Assembly: GCA_903928565.1 (NCBI GenBank)
Contig: CAIYRH010000015.1
Location: forward strand, 11,569-75,568
Length of the DNA stretch: 64,000 nucleotides
Reading direction: 5' to 3'
Source of the DNA: Candidatus Staskawiczbacteria bacterium
GTDB taxonomy: Bacteria; Patescibacteriota; Minisyncoccia; Minisyncoccales; Staskawiczbacteraceae
Shown: positions 1 to 8,965 of the stretch, piece by piece
How positions within the stretch are numbered: position 1 is the first letter of the stretch
How the letters are laid out: each line of letters opens with the position of its first letter
Notes under the pieces: generated by a model
What the model was told of the DNA's origin: nothing
The model's database searches: none
Seen by the model: the letters and a program-made list of their open reading frames with translations, nothing else
Made by a program: the position numbers and the translations under genes

Positions 1-702
1 GTGTTTTTCAGCAAAGAACCAGTTGTAACACATAGCAAAATGGTGCAGGGAAGTTCGCTGTTTACCTTTTTAATTGCGGTGCTTCCAATATTTTTAATTT
101 GGGATGGTAAAGTTACTCAAAAAGAAGGAATAATTTTAATTTTTGCATTTTTTGTTTACGCATTTTGGCTTTTTTCAAAAGATAACAGATTTAAGAAGGT
201 TTATAGTCACACAAAAAAAGAGTCACCATTACCAACAATTAGGCGCTTAGATTTTATAAAAAATATTACTAAAGTAATTTTAATTATTATAATTCTTTTT
301 GTCGCGTCGCAGGGTGTTATTTCGGCGGCAAAATCTTTCCAGCAATCTTTAGGAATTTCGCTTTCATTGGTGGGAGTTTTGATTGTGGCTTTGGGAAATT
401 GTTTTCCCGAAATGTATTTTGGTATTGTTTCGGGTAGAAAAGGCGAGGGTTGGATGATTGTGGGCGACATGATGGGTTCTGTAATTATTGCCGCCACCTT
501 AGTTTTGGGTATTATTGGTTTAGTGGCGCCGTTTGAAATTAAAGACATGTCTGTTTTCTTGGTGGCCAGAATTTTCACCGTAATTGCTGCAGCTTTCTTT
601 GTAATTGCTGTTAGAACAGGCAAAAAAATTACAAAACAAGAAGCCGTTATGTTGCTTTTCATTTACGTTGCATTCTTGTTTACTGAAATTTTCATCAAAT
701 AA
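1..702 (+). CDS. Sodium:calcium (CaCA/YrbG family) antiporter, 5'-truncated by window edge
   Basis: Multi-TM protein with alpha-repeat-like motifs ALGNCFPE and GDMMGS; stop overlaps start of next gene. Confidence 0.85.
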   Translation: MFFSKEPVVTHSKMVQGSSLFTFLIAVLPIFLIWDGKVTQKEGIILIFAFFVYAFWLFSKDNRFKKVYSHTKKESPLPTIRRLDFIKNITKVILIIIILFVASQGVISAAKSFQQSLGISLSLVGVLIVALGNCFPEMYFGIVSGRKGEGWMIVGDMMGSVIIAATLVLGIIGLVAPFEIKDMSVFLVARIFTVIAAAFFVIAVRTGKKITKQEAVMLLFIYVAFLFTEIFIK

Positions 703-3230
703 TGATTTTTTCTCAATATACTAATAAAAGTGTTGAAGATGTTTTAGGCGAACTAAAAACTACTGCTTTGGGCTTTACTAAAAAAGAAGCGAATTTGGCA
801 TTAGTAAAATATGGGTTAAATGAAATTAAAGTAAAAAATGTAAACGCTTTTCAAATCTTGCTAAGGCAGTTGAAGTCGCCTTTTACATATTTGCTTTTAG
901 CGGCCGCTTTAGTTTCTATATTTATTGGGCAGGCGGTAGACAGCATTGCGGTGCTAGCATTTATTTTTATAAATGTGATTATTGGTTTTTTTCAAGAATA
1001 TAGAGCAGAAAAGGCAGTAGTTTTTTTACAGAAATTTGTACCGCAAAAAGTTAAGGTTTTACGAGATGGAAAAGAACAGGTAATAGAAAAAAAGTTTTTA
1101 GTGCCAGGCGACGTGGTTTTATTAGAAGCGGGGGATTTGGCACCAGCAGATTTTAGAGTAATAAATGTTCAAAACTTTTTAATAGATGAGTCTGCGCTTA
1201 CAGGAGAATCTGCGCCAGTTTCTAAAATTTCAGATAAAATGGCCAAAGAAGAAGTGGAGATTTTTAAAGCAAAAAATATTATTTTTTCTGGTACATCGGT
1301 TGTTTTTGGAAAGGTAAGTGGCGTTGTTGTGGCCACAGCTAAAAATACAATTTTGGGTGACATAGTAGAAACCGTTTCTGCAACAAAAAGAATTAGCACT
1401 TACGAAAAGAGCATTATTTATTTTTGTAAATTAATTCTTAAAATTGTTGCCACTACAATAATTTTAATTTTTATTGCCAACATTGCACTAAAGGGCATAA
1501 AAGACATTTGGGAATTACTTTTATTTTCGGTGGCGTTAATAGTTAGCATTTTGCCGGAAGCCCTGCCCGCCGTAGTAACTTTTGCCTTGTCTCAGGGAAG
1601 TTTGAAAATGGCAAAACAAAAAGTTGTTGTTAAAAGATTGTCTGCAGTTGAAGATTTAGGAAACATTGAGGTTTTATGCACAGACAAAACCGGTACATTA
1701 ACACAAAATAAATTAACGTTAGAAAAAATTTTTTCTTCTGACAAGAAAAAATGCTTTTTGTATGGACTTCTAAGCGCTGGTGCCGATAAAATAGAAGAAA
1801 AAATATTAAATCCGTTTGATGCGGCCGTGTTCGCGCATGCAGATAGCGAAGAATTAAGAAATTCAAAAAAGTTTAAAATTATTAGTGAGCTTCCTTTTGA
1901 TTCATATAGAATGCGGTCTGCTTTTGTTGTTGAGTCTGCAAAAAACGAAAAGCTTTTAATTGTTAGAGGTGCTTCCGATTCCATTTTAAAGAATTGTATT
2001 AAATCTGCGGGTGCAGCTAAAATTAAGGCAATTAAAGCAGAAATTGCAGAGGAGGAATCTGATGGCAAAAGAGTTTTAGTTTTAGCTTTTAAAAAGGTCA
2101 CAAAAGATAAAATTACGGTGTCAGACGAAAAAGGCTTAACATTTTTGGGTTATTTTGTTTTTAACGACCCTTTAAAAAGCACTGCCAAAGAGGCCATTGA
2201 TTTATCTAAAAAATTGGGTGTACAAATAAAAATTATCACTGGCGATTCAAGAGAAGTTGCAATTTATGTTGCTAAGAAGACAGGCTTAATTTTAGACGAG
2301 AATGATGTTGTTCTTGGGCAGGAATTAATGGCAATGACTAAAGAAGAATTTAACGATGCTTGCCAGGAAAAAGTAATTTTTGCCAGAATTTCTCCAGATG
2401 TAAAACATAATATTATTAAATCTTTGCAAAGAAATTTTGAAGTTGGGTTTATGGGTGAGGGCGTAAACGATGCCCCAGCACTTAAAACTGCCGATGTTGG
2501 TATTGCCGTTGTTGAAGCCTCAGACGTGGCAAGAAATGCAGCAGATGTGGTGCTTTTAGAAAAAGATTTAAGGGTAATTGTAAACGGAATTAAAGACGGC
2601 CGTACAATTTTTTCAAATATTAATAAATATATAAAATGCGCTCTGGCCAGCAACTTTGGAAATTTTTATTCAATTGCCGTAATTTCTTTGTTTGTAAATT
2701 TTTTGCCTATGTTGCCGGTGCAAATTTTATTAGGAAATATTTTGTCTGATTTTCCGTTAATTTCTATTGCCACCGATTCCGTTGATTTAGATGAATTGAA
2801 AAAACCAAAGTCCTACCAGTTGCATATGGTTTTGCCACTTATTATTTCTTTGGCACTAGTAAGCACTGTTTTCGATTTTATTTTCTTTGCAATTTTTTAT
2901 AAACAGGCCCCTGCGAACATTCAAACACTTTGGTATATTGAAAGCATTTTAACTGAACTTTTGTTAATATTTATTATTAGAACAAGGGGTTTATTTTACA
3001 AAGCAAAAAGGCCGGGGTTTTGGCTTTCTTTCTTGGTTGCAGTGGACGCCATTTTTGTAGTAGCATTGCCGTTTTCTAGCATTGGGCACGAATTTTTTCA
3101 TTTTGTAACTCCGCCAATTGTTCCATTACTAATTGTCTTTTTGCTAAACATTTTATATTTTATTACCAGCGAAATAGTAAAATTAATTTATTTCCACTAT
3201 TGGAAGCCAAAAATCGCCAGGTTGCCCTAG
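702..3230 (+). CDS. P-type cation-transporting ATPase (MgtA/Ca2+-type)
   Basis: TGES, PEALP, DKTGTLT phosphorylation motif, GEGVNDAPALK hinge; NFGN in C-terminal TM region is MgtA-like. Confidence 0.93.
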   Translation: MIFSQYTNKSVEDVLGELKTTALGFTKKEANLALVKYGLNEIKVKNVNAFQILLRQLKSPFTYLLLAAALVSIFIGQAVDSIAVLAFIFINVIIGFFQEYRAEKAVVFLQKFVPQKVKVLRDGKEQVIEKKFLVPGDVVLLEAGDLAPADFRVINVQNFLIDESALTGESAPVSKISDKMAKEEVEIFKAKNIIFSGTSVVFGKVSGVVVATAKNTILGDIVETVSATKRISTYEKSIIYFCKLILKIVATTIILIFIANIALKGIKDIWELLLFSVALIVSILPEALPAVVTFALSQGSLKMAKQKVVVKRLSAVEDLGNIEVLCTDKTGTLTQNKLTLEKIFSSDKKKCFLYGLLSAGADKIEEKILNPFDAAVFAHADSEELRNSKKFKIISELPFDSYRMRSAFVVESAKNEKLLIVRGASDSILKNCIKSAGAAKIKAIKAEIAEEESDGKRVLVLAFKKVTKDKITVSDEKGLTFLGYFVFNDPLKSTAKEAIDLSKKLGVQIKIITGDSREVAIYVAKKTGLILDENDVVLGQELMAMTKEEFNDACQEKVIFARISPDVKHNIIKSLQRNFEVGFMGEGVNDAPALKTADVGIAVVEASDVARNAADVVLLEKDLRVIVNGIKDGRTIFSNINKYIKCALASNFGNFYSIAVISLFVNFLPMLPVQILLGNILSDFPLISIATDSVDLDELKKPKSYQLHMVLPLIISLALVSTVFDFIFFAIFYKQAPANIQTLWYIESILTELLLIFIIRTRGLFYKAKRPGFWLSFLVAVDAIFVVALPFSSIGHEFFHFVTPPIVPLLIVFLLNILYFITSEIVKLIYFHYWKPKIARLP

Positions 3231-3239
3231 GGCAACCTG
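3218..3239. repeat. 22-bp perfect palindrome CAGGTTGCCCTAGGGCAACCTG (REP-like), copy 1
   Basis: Read directly; supplies the TAG stop of the ATPase; second copy at 4062. Confidence 0.85.
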
Positions 3240-3271
3240 AGTGGTATGATAAATTAAATCTGTTGAAATTT

Positions 3272-3448
3272 ATGCATGAGAAAGATTTTTACACAACCAA
3301 AGAATTGATAAAAATTCTTGGAATAAGCAAGCAGTCTGTTTTAAAGCGCATTGGCCGTGGGAATATTGAGGCAGTAAAAACCGGCCGAGACTACATAATT
3401 TTCAAAAAAGATGTTGATTTAGCCAAATTAAAAGCCGATATAAAATAA
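3272..3448 (+). CDS. Small excisionase-like HTH (HTH_17) DNA-binding protein
   Basis: FYTTKELIKILGISKQSVLKRIGRGNIEAVKTGRDYII fits MerR-like/Xis HTH pattern; ATG 3272 chosen as start. Confidence 0.75.
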   Translation: MHEKDFYTTKELIKILGISKQSVLKRIGRGNIEAVKTGRDYIIFKKDVDLAKLKADIK

Positions 3449-3463
3449 AAGTAGCAAGTCTTT

Positions 3464-4060
3464 ATGATTTTTGAACATATTTTAGTAATTATCAGCATTT
3501 TTATAAGTTTTTCTGGTTCGGTTGCTTATGTTTTTGACACTTTAAAGGGCAAGACAAAACCAAACAGAGTTAGTTGGTTTTTGTGGGCAGCAGCCCCGTT
3601 GATAGGCACTGGAGCTGCTATTTCGTCTGGCGCAGATGTTTGGGCAACAGCAAGAATATTTTTGGCCGGATTTGTCCCATTGATAGTTTTAATAGCTTCG
3701 CTTATTAACAAACAAAGCTATTGGAAGCTTACAAAGTTCGATTTTGCTTGTGGAATATGCTCGGCATTGGCTTTAATTGTTTGGTTGTTTGCTGATTCAC
3801 CCGTGCTTGCAGTTCTCCTAGCTGCGACGGGTGATGGATTGGCTTCTTTGCCAACATTAATCAAGTCGTGGAAATATCCCGAAACCGAAACTGGTTGGAC
3901 TTTTGTGGCTGGATTTATTGCAACTTTGCTTGTTTTGCCATCAATTCCGGTGTGGAATATTCAAAATTCTGCTTTCCAAATATATTTATTAGTGATTAAT
4001 ACGTTGTTGGTTTCATTTATTTATCGGAAAAAAATAAAGGTTTTAGAAACACAAAATTAA
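3464..4060 (+). CDS. Conserved hypothetical multi-pass membrane protein (PQ-loop-like)
   Basis: About 7 TM helices, TKPNRVSW and PTLIKSWKYPETE motifs. Confidence 0.7.
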   Translation: MIFEHILVIISIFISFSGSVAYVFDTLKGKTKPNRVSWFLWAAAPLIGTGAAISSGADVWATARIFLAGFVPLIVLIASLINKQSYWKLTKFDFACGICSALALIVWLFADSPVLAVLLAATGDGLASLPTLIKSWKYPETETGWTFVAGFIATLLVLPSIPVWNIQNSAFQIYLLVINTLLVSFIYRKKIKVLETQN

Positions 4061-4061
4061 T

Positions 4062-4081
4062 CAGGTTGCCCTAGGGCAACC
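4062..4081. repeat. Palindrome CAGGTTGCCCTAGGGCAACC, copy 2
   Basis: Identical to 3218-3237; lies 1 bp after the stop of 3464-4060. Confidence 0.85.
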
Positions 4082-4142
4082 AAAAGTAAAATATGACATA
4101 TATTTGTTTTGCTTTAAGCCCGCTATAATGTAAAATATAACT

Positions 4143-5174
4143 ATGGATATAATAACAATAGTTCTATTAATAATTATTCTACTTGTTTTGGGTTTTTTGT
4201 TGTTGCGTAAAGGGCCGGAAGTTGAGAAAAAAGATGATGGGTCTATGCTTATGTTGCAACAACAACTAAGCCAATTGGCAAATGCAGTAGACAGCAAACT
4301 TTCAGAATCTAACAAAAATGTTCAAGAGCAATTTAAGCACTCGGCCGATATAATTAGAAATGTTACCGAAAAATTAACCAAGCTAGATGAAACCAACAGG
4401 CAAGTGGTTAGTTTTGCCGACCAACTAAAAAGTTTGCAAGACATTTTAAAAAACCCAAAACAGCGCGGAATTCTTGGCGAGTATTATTTAGAAACTGTTT
4501 TAAAAAATGTTTTACCGCCGGCAAGTTTTCAGATGCAGTATAGCTTTTCAAACGGTGAAATTGTTGACGCAGTTGTTTTTGTAGATAAAAGAATAATTCC
4601 TGTTGATTCAAAATTTTCTTTAGATAATTACAACAGAATGTTGCAGACTAACGACCCTGTTGAGAAAAAAAGATTAGAAACGGCTTTTGTAAATGACTTA
4701 AAATTAAGAATTGACGAAACTTCAAAGTATGTAAGACCCGAAGAAAAAACAATGGATTTTGCATTTATGTTTATTCCTTCGGAAGCGGTTTATTACGATT
4801 TGCTAATTAATAAAGTTGGTGTAATTGCCGAAGATACAAATAATTTAATTTATTATGCGGGCAAGAAAAAAGTTATTGTTGTTTCGCCAACTTCATTTTT
4901 GGCTTATTTGCAGACTGTTTTGCAGGGATTAAGAAATCAAAAAATTTCGGAGCAAGCGGCTTCTATTATTAAAGAAGTTGAGCGGTTGGGTAAGCATTTA
5001 TTTGTGTATGGTGAGCATTTTAACAGAATGGGCCAGCATTTAGACACAACAGTTAGCAGTTTTAATAAAGCAAGGGTGGAATTTGGAAAAATTGATAAAG
5101 ATGTTATTAAGTTAACTGGTGGCGAATCTAAAATTGAAATTGGGGAGGTTAAGAGGCCGACAGTTGACGAATAG
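4143..5174 (+). CDS. rmuC: DNA recombination protein RmuC
   Basis: N-terminal TM, coiled coil, RGILGEYYLE, VDSKF, DFAFMFIPSE, VSPTS motifs. Confidence 0.93.
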   Translation: MDIITIVLLIIILLVLGFLLLRKGPEVEKKDDGSMLMLQQQLSQLANAVDSKLSESNKNVQEQFKHSADIIRNVTEKLTKLDETNRQVVSFADQLKSLQDILKNPKQRGILGEYYLETVLKNVLPPASFQMQYSFSNGEIVDAVVFVDKRIIPVDSKFSLDNYNRMLQTNDPVEKKRLETAFVNDLKLRIDETSKYVRPEEKTMDFAFMFIPSEAVYYDLLINKVGVIAEDTNNLIYYAGKKKVIVVSPTSFLAYLQTVLQGLRNQKISEQAASIIKEVERLGKHLFVYGEHFNRMGQHLDTTVSSFNKARVEFGKIDKDVIKLTGGESKIEIGEVKRPTVDE

Positions 5175-5213
5175 GGGATTTTTTGCTAAGATATATCTAT
5201 ATAAAACATACAT

Positions 5214-5519
5214 ATGATAGCTATAATAAAAACCGGTGGGAAACAATATTTAGTTAAACCCGGAGACAAATTAAAGGTAGAAAAATTACTCAAAGAAGTT
5301 GGGGAGGAAGTTGTTTTCTCTGACGTTTTATTAGTTGAAAAGGCCAAAAAAGTGGAAATTGGTGCTCCATTTGTGACAGCTCAAGTCCATGCAAAGGTTT
5401 TGAGCCATGGCAAAGGAAGCAAAATAATTGTCTATAAATATAAACCAAAGAAAAGAGAAAGCAGAAAAATTGGTCACAGACAACCTTATACAGAGGTAGA
5501 AATAACGGGAATTAAATAA
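5214..5519 (+). CDS. rplU: 50S ribosomal protein L21
   Basis: AIIKTGGKQYLV ... GHRQPYTEVEI. Confidence 0.97.
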   Translation: MIAIIKTGGKQYLVKPGDKLKVEKLLKEVGEEVVFSDVLLVEKAKKVEIGAPFVTAQVHAKVLSHGKGSKIIVYKYKPKKRESRKIGHRQPYTEVEITGIK

Positions 5520-5522
5520 TTC

Positions 5523-5545
5523 AAGCCCCGCCCAGCGGGGTTTTT
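5523..5545 (+). terminator. Rho-independent terminator after rplU
   Basis: GCCCCGC-cca-GCGGGG hairpin + T run. Confidence 0.75.
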
Positions 5546-5556
5546 AGTTGTGCAAT

Positions 5557-6333
5557 ATGTTAAAAAAAGAAATTGGGTGGCTTTTAAAAGAGAAATATTT
5601 TGGGGTCGCTAACAAAAAATTCCAAAAAGATGTAGAGCGGTTAAAGGCGGGTGAGCCGGTTGACTATGTAATTGGTTTTACAGAGTTTTTGGGTTGTAAA
5701 ATTGATTTATCTAAAAAACCATTAATTCCGCGCCCAGAAACTGAATTCTGGGTTGGTGAGGTTATTAAAAAAAATGGCGATATTTTTTACGGCCGTCAAA
5801 AATGTGGCCCTTTGGTTTTGGACATGTTTGCAGGGTCTGGGTGCATTGGAATTGCTTTGTTAAAAAATATTAAAAATATAGAATGCGACTTTGCGGATAA
5901 AGATAAAAAATGTTTAGAGCAAATAAAAATAAATTTAAAGTTAAACGGAGTTAAAGGCAAAGTAATTTGCTCAAATGTTTTTAGTGAAGTCGTGGGGAAG
6001 TACGATATAATTTTTTCTAACCCGCCGTATATTCCAACAACAAGAAAAAATAAAATTCAAAAAACGGTTATAAAGTTTGAACCCAAAATTGCGTTGTTTG
6101 GCGGCGCTAGTGGAATGTTTTTTATAAATAAATTTTTGAAGGACGCAAAAAAATACTTGAAGAAACCCGTCTTCGCCAAGGCTTCGGCGAGGCGAGGGGG
6201 AATAATTTTTATGGAGTTCTCGCCGGAGCAGAAAGGTGCAATAGGAAAATTAGTAAAAAAATATAAATATTCTAAATGTGAATTTTTTAAGGATCAATTT
6301 AACCGCTGGCGGTGGATAAAAATATTTGCTTGA
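5557..6333 (+). CDS. prmC: Release factor glutamine methyltransferase HemK/PrmC
   Basis: [22 protein letters not shown]. Confidence 0.92.
   Translation: MLKKEIGWLLKEKYFGVANKKFQKDVERLKAGEPVDYVIGFTEFLGCKIDLSKKPLIPRPETEFWVGEVIKKNGDIFYGRQKCGPLVLDMFAGSGCIGIALLKNIKNIECDFADKDKKCLEQIKINLKLNGVKGKVICSNVFSEVVGKYDIIFSNPPYIPTTRKNKIQKTVIKFEPKIALFGGASGMFFINKFLKDAKKYLKKPVFAKASARRGGIIFMEFSPEQKGAIGKLVKKYKYSKCEFFKDQFNRWRWIKIFA
6166..6197 (+). repeat. Short palindromic element (family A, CTTCGCCAAGGCTTCGGCG) inserted in-frame in prmC
   Basis: GC-rich hairpin in an AT-rich gene, encodes [11 protein letters not shown]; homologous copies at 18532, 19956, 21726, 56725. Confidence 0.8.
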
Positions 6334-6432
6334 TTTTTTTAACTTAGTACAATTAATTTAATAACCGCGTGTAGCACTTTGAAAATGTGCTCGTGGCTAT
6401 GATAAACCCCAAATCTAGAAGGAGGAGGCCGT

Positions 6433-6711
6433 ATGGGCAACAGACACAGGCGAAGAGGTTCTGGTCGTGGTGGACATGGCACCGCTCTAACTCAGCATCA
6501 TAGAAAATGCAAAAGTCGCGGTGGGGATAACAGTCCTGCAAATATTTCGTGGGTTCACTGGAGATTGCACAATGCATGGCATTTATTGTTTGACAATCTT
6601 CCGCCGGAAATAGTCTGCAGAATAATTAACACCATTTGGATTGACCCTCATTACAAATTTGTATGCGTAAAAAGAAAGCACACTCTACCAAACAAGCAAA
6701 ATAATTCATAG
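6433..6711 (+). CDS. Small HNH-like protein
   Basis: Strong SD (AAGGAGGAGG); HH-x5-RGG-x5-N-x7-H-x3-H pattern; own terminator. Confidence 0.6.
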   Translation: MGNRHRRRGSGRGGHGTALTQHHRKCKSRGGDNSPANISWVHWRLHNAWHLLFDNLPPEIVCRIINTIWIDPHYKFVCVKRKHTLPNKQNNS

Positions 6712-6724
6712 CCAAACATTCGGA

Positions 6725-6755
6725 AGCCCGACCAAACGCGTCGGGCTCATTTTTT
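6725..6755 (+). terminator. Terminator after 6433-6711
   Basis: AGCCCGAC/GTCGGGCT stem + T run. Confidence 0.75.
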
Positions 6756-6757
6756 AT

Positions 6758-6796
6758 AAAAAAAATCCCTTGCGACGCGAGGGGCGTTTGCAAGGG
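6758..6796 (-). terminator. Terminator after purC-like gene
   Basis: CCCTTGC/GCAAGGG stem with A run on + strand. Confidence 0.55.
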
Positions 6797-6819
6797 TATG
6801 GGTTTTTGAAATGAACTGG

Positions 6820-8061
6820 TTAGCCAACAGCAACGTTGCCCGGAAGTCCTGCTTCAAGGCTAACTCGCGCTAACATATATTGAAGTGGATTGTGCACCGC
6901 TAGAATGTTGAGAGCTTCGGTTATAGCACGATGTGTATATATGCAGTTAATGACGGGCGCACTAATGACGCATGAAAGAGCTTCACGATATTCGGGGTCC
7001 ACGTTGAGGTCAAAGAGAACCACCGTATCGGGGACCTCGTGCGTTAATGTAATCAATTTGAGCATTGCGTCGCTTGTTGTGCCATTCATTGAATCACGTA
7101 CAATTATCGATGGAATGCTTAATTGCGAGCGCTTATCGATAGCTTCAATAAGTTTGTCTCCAATGCCTGTTCCCCGCGGGTCGGTCCACAGAATAACGCG
7201 TTGGCGTGGCAGGGCGAAGTGACTGGTGAGCTCGGCAACCAGTTGGTACTTGCGAGTCACGTCGGAGAGGTCGCCACCGTCGCGGTAGACCTGTTTGTCA
7301 ATGTAGGCTCCGTCTTCAACAACGCGCCACGAGTCATTGTCAACCACGTCGGCTAGCAACAGTTTTCCAAAGGGGTCGGTGCCAAATTCCACCTTCATGT
7401 CCACTAGCCGGCGGTTTTCCAACTGCCATGCTTTTTCAAGGACAAAGAAAGTTTGGCGCGCCAAACGAGCCATTTCATTCATGAGCGCGTCTTCTCGCGC
7501 AACAGTAAAGACTTCCGCTTCGTTTAGCACCAAGAACGGTTCTTGCCCGGCAAGTGGTTTTGCGGGGTTATACAGTCGGATTAAATGAGCGGCGGCATCG
7601 TGAATCATTAGCGGGTCATCGCATGGAAGTTCGTGTTCCTTCCACCGCCGGCCGCTCGTTTTCAAGAAAAATTCAACCACCAGTTGTGGGAAAATGTGTC
7701 CTTTGGAAAGGTGCGGAGCGCGTTTGAGAGAAGAGCCATGGGCTTCGCGACGGGTGACGACTTCGTAGGGCAACATGTTGCACTTGGGGGCGATAAACCA
7801 GTCATCGCCACCTTGCATTTCGAACGCAACAGGAATTTGACAGGCTTTCAGAAACCTGAAAACATTGCAGGTAGTACGTGTGGCAATTCGGCCTTTGTCG
7901 GGAATGACGTCGTGTTTGGCGCCGTCGCCAGCAGTGATGTCGTCTTTTGCAATCAAGATTGCCCAGTCGGGGTTTCGCAGATGTTGGTGAACCCACTTGG
8001 TTTTACCTTGTGCTAAGACTTCTCCCAGCAGCTCCATTGGTATTAACGTTGTTGTTGGCAT
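6820..8061 (-). CDS. purC: SAICAR synthetase (PurC) with degenerate C-terminal PurE-like domain (PAICS architecture)
   Basis: GKTK, KDDITAGDG, EVVTRR, LVDMKVEFG, LADVVDNDSWR, DKQVYR; about 130-aa extension; visibly GC-richer than neighbours. Confidence 0.85.
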   Translation of the reverse strand: MPTTTLIPMELLGEVLAQGKTKWVHQHLRNPDWAILIAKDDITAGDGAKHDVIPDKGRIATRTTCNVFRFLKACQIPVAFEMQGGDDWFIAPKCNMLPYEVVTRREAHGSSLKRAPHLSKGHIFPQLVVEFFLKTSGRRWKEHELPCDDPLMIHDAAAHLIRLYNPAKPLAGQEPFLVLNEAEVFTVAREDALMNEMARLARQTFFVLEKAWQLENRRLVDMKVEFGTDPFGKLLLADVVDNDSWRVVEDGAYIDKQVYRDGGDLSDVTRKYQLVAELTSHFALPRQRVILWTDPRGTGIGDKLIEAIDKRSQLSIPSIIVRDSMNGTTSDAMLKLITLTHEVPDTVVLFDLNVDPEYREALSCVISAPVINCIYTHRAITEALNILAVHNPLQYMLARVSLEAGLPGNVAVG

Positions 8062-8223
8062 GATGTTAGTTCCGGTTGGAAATGAACATTTATCTAGTCA
8101 ATTTTGCTTAATCGTTAAGCAAAACCTAGACTATTTTGAGGTTATCTTATGTGCCACCATTTGTCAACCGCACTAGCGCCATTATATTTATTTAATATTA
8201 TATTTATGATAAAATTATTAAAT

Positions 8224-8910
8224 ATGAACAATAGGGCAATAAAATTATCACCGAATTCGTTGAATCTTTATTTGGAATGTCCGCATTGTTTTTGGCTAGA
8301 CAAAAATTTGGGCATTAAAAGGCCACCGCCATATCCATATGCGCTAAATTCAGCAGTTGATGCCTTGTTAAAAGAAGAATTTGATACTTACAGAGCAAAA
8401 AATTTACCGCATCCTCTATTGAAGGAAAATCATATTAAGGCGCACTTATTTGGTAATCAAAAATTATTAAATCAGTGGAGAAATAATTTAGCAGGCATAA
8501 GATATTTTGACGAAAATTTAAACGCAACTTTATTTGGCGCAGTTGATGACGTTTTAGAATTTGATAATGGTCAAATTGCTCCGCTAGATTATAAATCAAC
8601 TGGAAGCACGGCGGCAAACGTTTACGACAGGTTTCAGCTTCAATTAGATACTTACACATTTTTAATGGAAAAAAATGGCTACAAAACTCCTCACAAAGGC
8701 TATTTGGCCTTCTATATAGTAGACAAAAGTAGGGGATTCATTGACAGGTTGCCATTTAGAAAAGAAATTGTTGAAATAGAAACAAATCCACATGAAGTTC
8801 ACGAAATTTTTAAAGATGCAGTCAATATATTAAAGCACCCTCAACCGCCAGCTCATAGCTCAGATTGTGCGTTCAAAAAGTTTTTAGATGGCGCTGGGGG
8901 TTTCAATTAA
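8224..8910 (+). CDS. PD-(D/E)XK nuclease family protein (AddB/Cas4-like)
   Basis: LSPNSLNLYLECPHCFW, GAVDD, LDYKS, QLQLDTY, C-terminal Cys; start could be 8206. Confidence 0.85.
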   Translation: MNNRAIKLSPNSLNLYLECPHCFWLDKNLGIKRPPPYPYALNSAVDALLKEEFDTYRAKNLPHPLLKENHIKAHLFGNQKLLNQWRNNLAGIRYFDENLNATLFGAVDDVLEFDNGQIAPLDYKSTGSTAANVYDRFQLQLDTYTFLMEKNGYKTPHKGYLAFYIVDKSRGFIDRLPFRKEIVEIETNPHEVHEIFKDAVNILKHPQPPAHSSDCAFKKFLDGAGGFN

Positions 8911-8965
8911 TCTATATAAGTTGTATAATAGAATAGTTAGGTAATCAAACTAATTTAATAATATA

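Noticed and set aside
8224..8910. Cas4-like nuclease as sign of a CRISPR-Cas locus
   Set aside because: No repeat-spacer array or other cas genes in the window; solo PD-(D/E)XK proteins are common
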